Shown piece by piece: positions 6,561-6,847 of a stretch of 6,847 bases of DNA. The position numbers and the translations under genes were made by a program. The stretch comes from Nitrosomonas europaea (GTDB lineage Bacteria; Pseudomonadota; Gammaproteobacteria; Burkholderiales; Nitrosomonadaceae). The notes beneath the pieces are model-generated. The model was not told where the DNA came from and made no database searches. It was given only the letters and a program-made list of their open reading frames with translations. The stretch is taken from contig NZ_FUWK01000065.1 in assembly GCF_900167395.1 (NCBI RefSeq), positions 1-6,847 of the forward strand. Reading direction: 5' to 3'. The stretch's first letter is position 1. Each line of letters begins with the position of its first letter.

Positions 6561-6847
6561 TCAGTTATTCAATTCGGTAATTTTATCGTCCCATATCTCC
6601 TTAGCGTCAATTAAAGTTTGCATCGGGGTGCGTCCACAGCACATTTTTCCCTGGTGAGTCCGCACACTGTTGTAGTACGCCATCCAATCATCCAGATCGT
6701 GTTGTAACTCTTCAATGGACTGGTAAATCTTGCGCCGGAATGTCACCTGGTAGAACTCCTGCAAGATGGTTTTGTGAAAGCGTTCGCAAATACCGTTGGT
6801 CTGCGGATGATTGGCTTTCGTTTTGGAATGTTCGATGTCATTGAGTG
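6521..6847 (-). mobile_element. 3' terminal portion of a second insertion sequence (rve-type DDE transposase; IS481/IS3-superfamily-like); inner boundary uncertain (6519-6560)
   Basis: The transposase fragment reads inward and stops at 6561. The element tip must therefore lie in the 42 nt between that stop and the STAND gene's stop. TGACAG... at 6521 would give a TG...CA-type terminus, but this is a guess. Confidence 0.55.
6561..6847 (-). CDS. DDE (rve/integrase-core) transposase, 5'-partial C-terminal fragment, unrelated in sequence to the left-hand IS
   Basis: The minus-strand frame is open to the window edge: ..LNDIEHSKTKANHPQTNGICERFHKTILQEFYQVTFRRKIYQSIEELQHDLDDWMAYYNSVRTHQGKMCCGRTPMQTLIDAKEIWDDKITELNN*. 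HPQTNGICERFH carries the catalytic E. YN..R.HQG....TP is the rve C-terminal signature. The ORF-track M at 6764 is actually an internal TTG (Leu). Confidence 0.85.
   Translation of the reverse strand, partial: LNDIEHSKTKANHPQTNGICERFHKTILQEFYQVTFRRKIYQSIEELQHDLDDWMAYYNSVRTHQGKMCCGRTPMQTLIDAKEIWDDKITELNN

Overview
The window splits into three parts. (1) 1..~350 is the 3' end of an IS481-family insertion sequence (transposase C-terminus, + strand). It abuts a ~52% GC two-gene minus-strand operon: a 4-TM coiled-coil membrane protein (1172..2227) followed by a signal-peptide protein (344..1156). (2) ~2355..6520 is an AT-rich block; sampled 60-nt lines give 25-38% GC, against 43-45% in the 120-aa gene and 52-55% in the left flank. 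It holds a 120-aa orphan gene (minus strand) with its own intrinsic terminator, a divergent AT-rich control region with two perfect palindromic elements, a 98-aa lysine-rich small gene (plus strand), and a 1032-aa gene. The 1032-aa product has an unassignable ~190-aa N-terminal domain, then a STAND-type P-loop NTPase (Walker A GVAGQGKS, Walker B LLIFDY, LLVER, GRPLY GxP motif), a helical spacer, nine tandem 36-aa Sel1-like repeats and an ~80-aa non-repeat tail. (3) ~6521..6847 is the 3' end of a second, unrelated rve-type DDE transposase (minus strand). The main candidate for something new is the small gene plus the STAND-Sel1 NTPase. This is an NLR/Avs-like architecture (effector - NTPase switch - repeat sensor) in a compositionally foreign, IS-bracketed block, so an antiphage or conflict-system role is plausible but unproven. 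I see no rRNA, tRNA or CRISPR array. All family assignments come from motif recognition by eye, not database searches.
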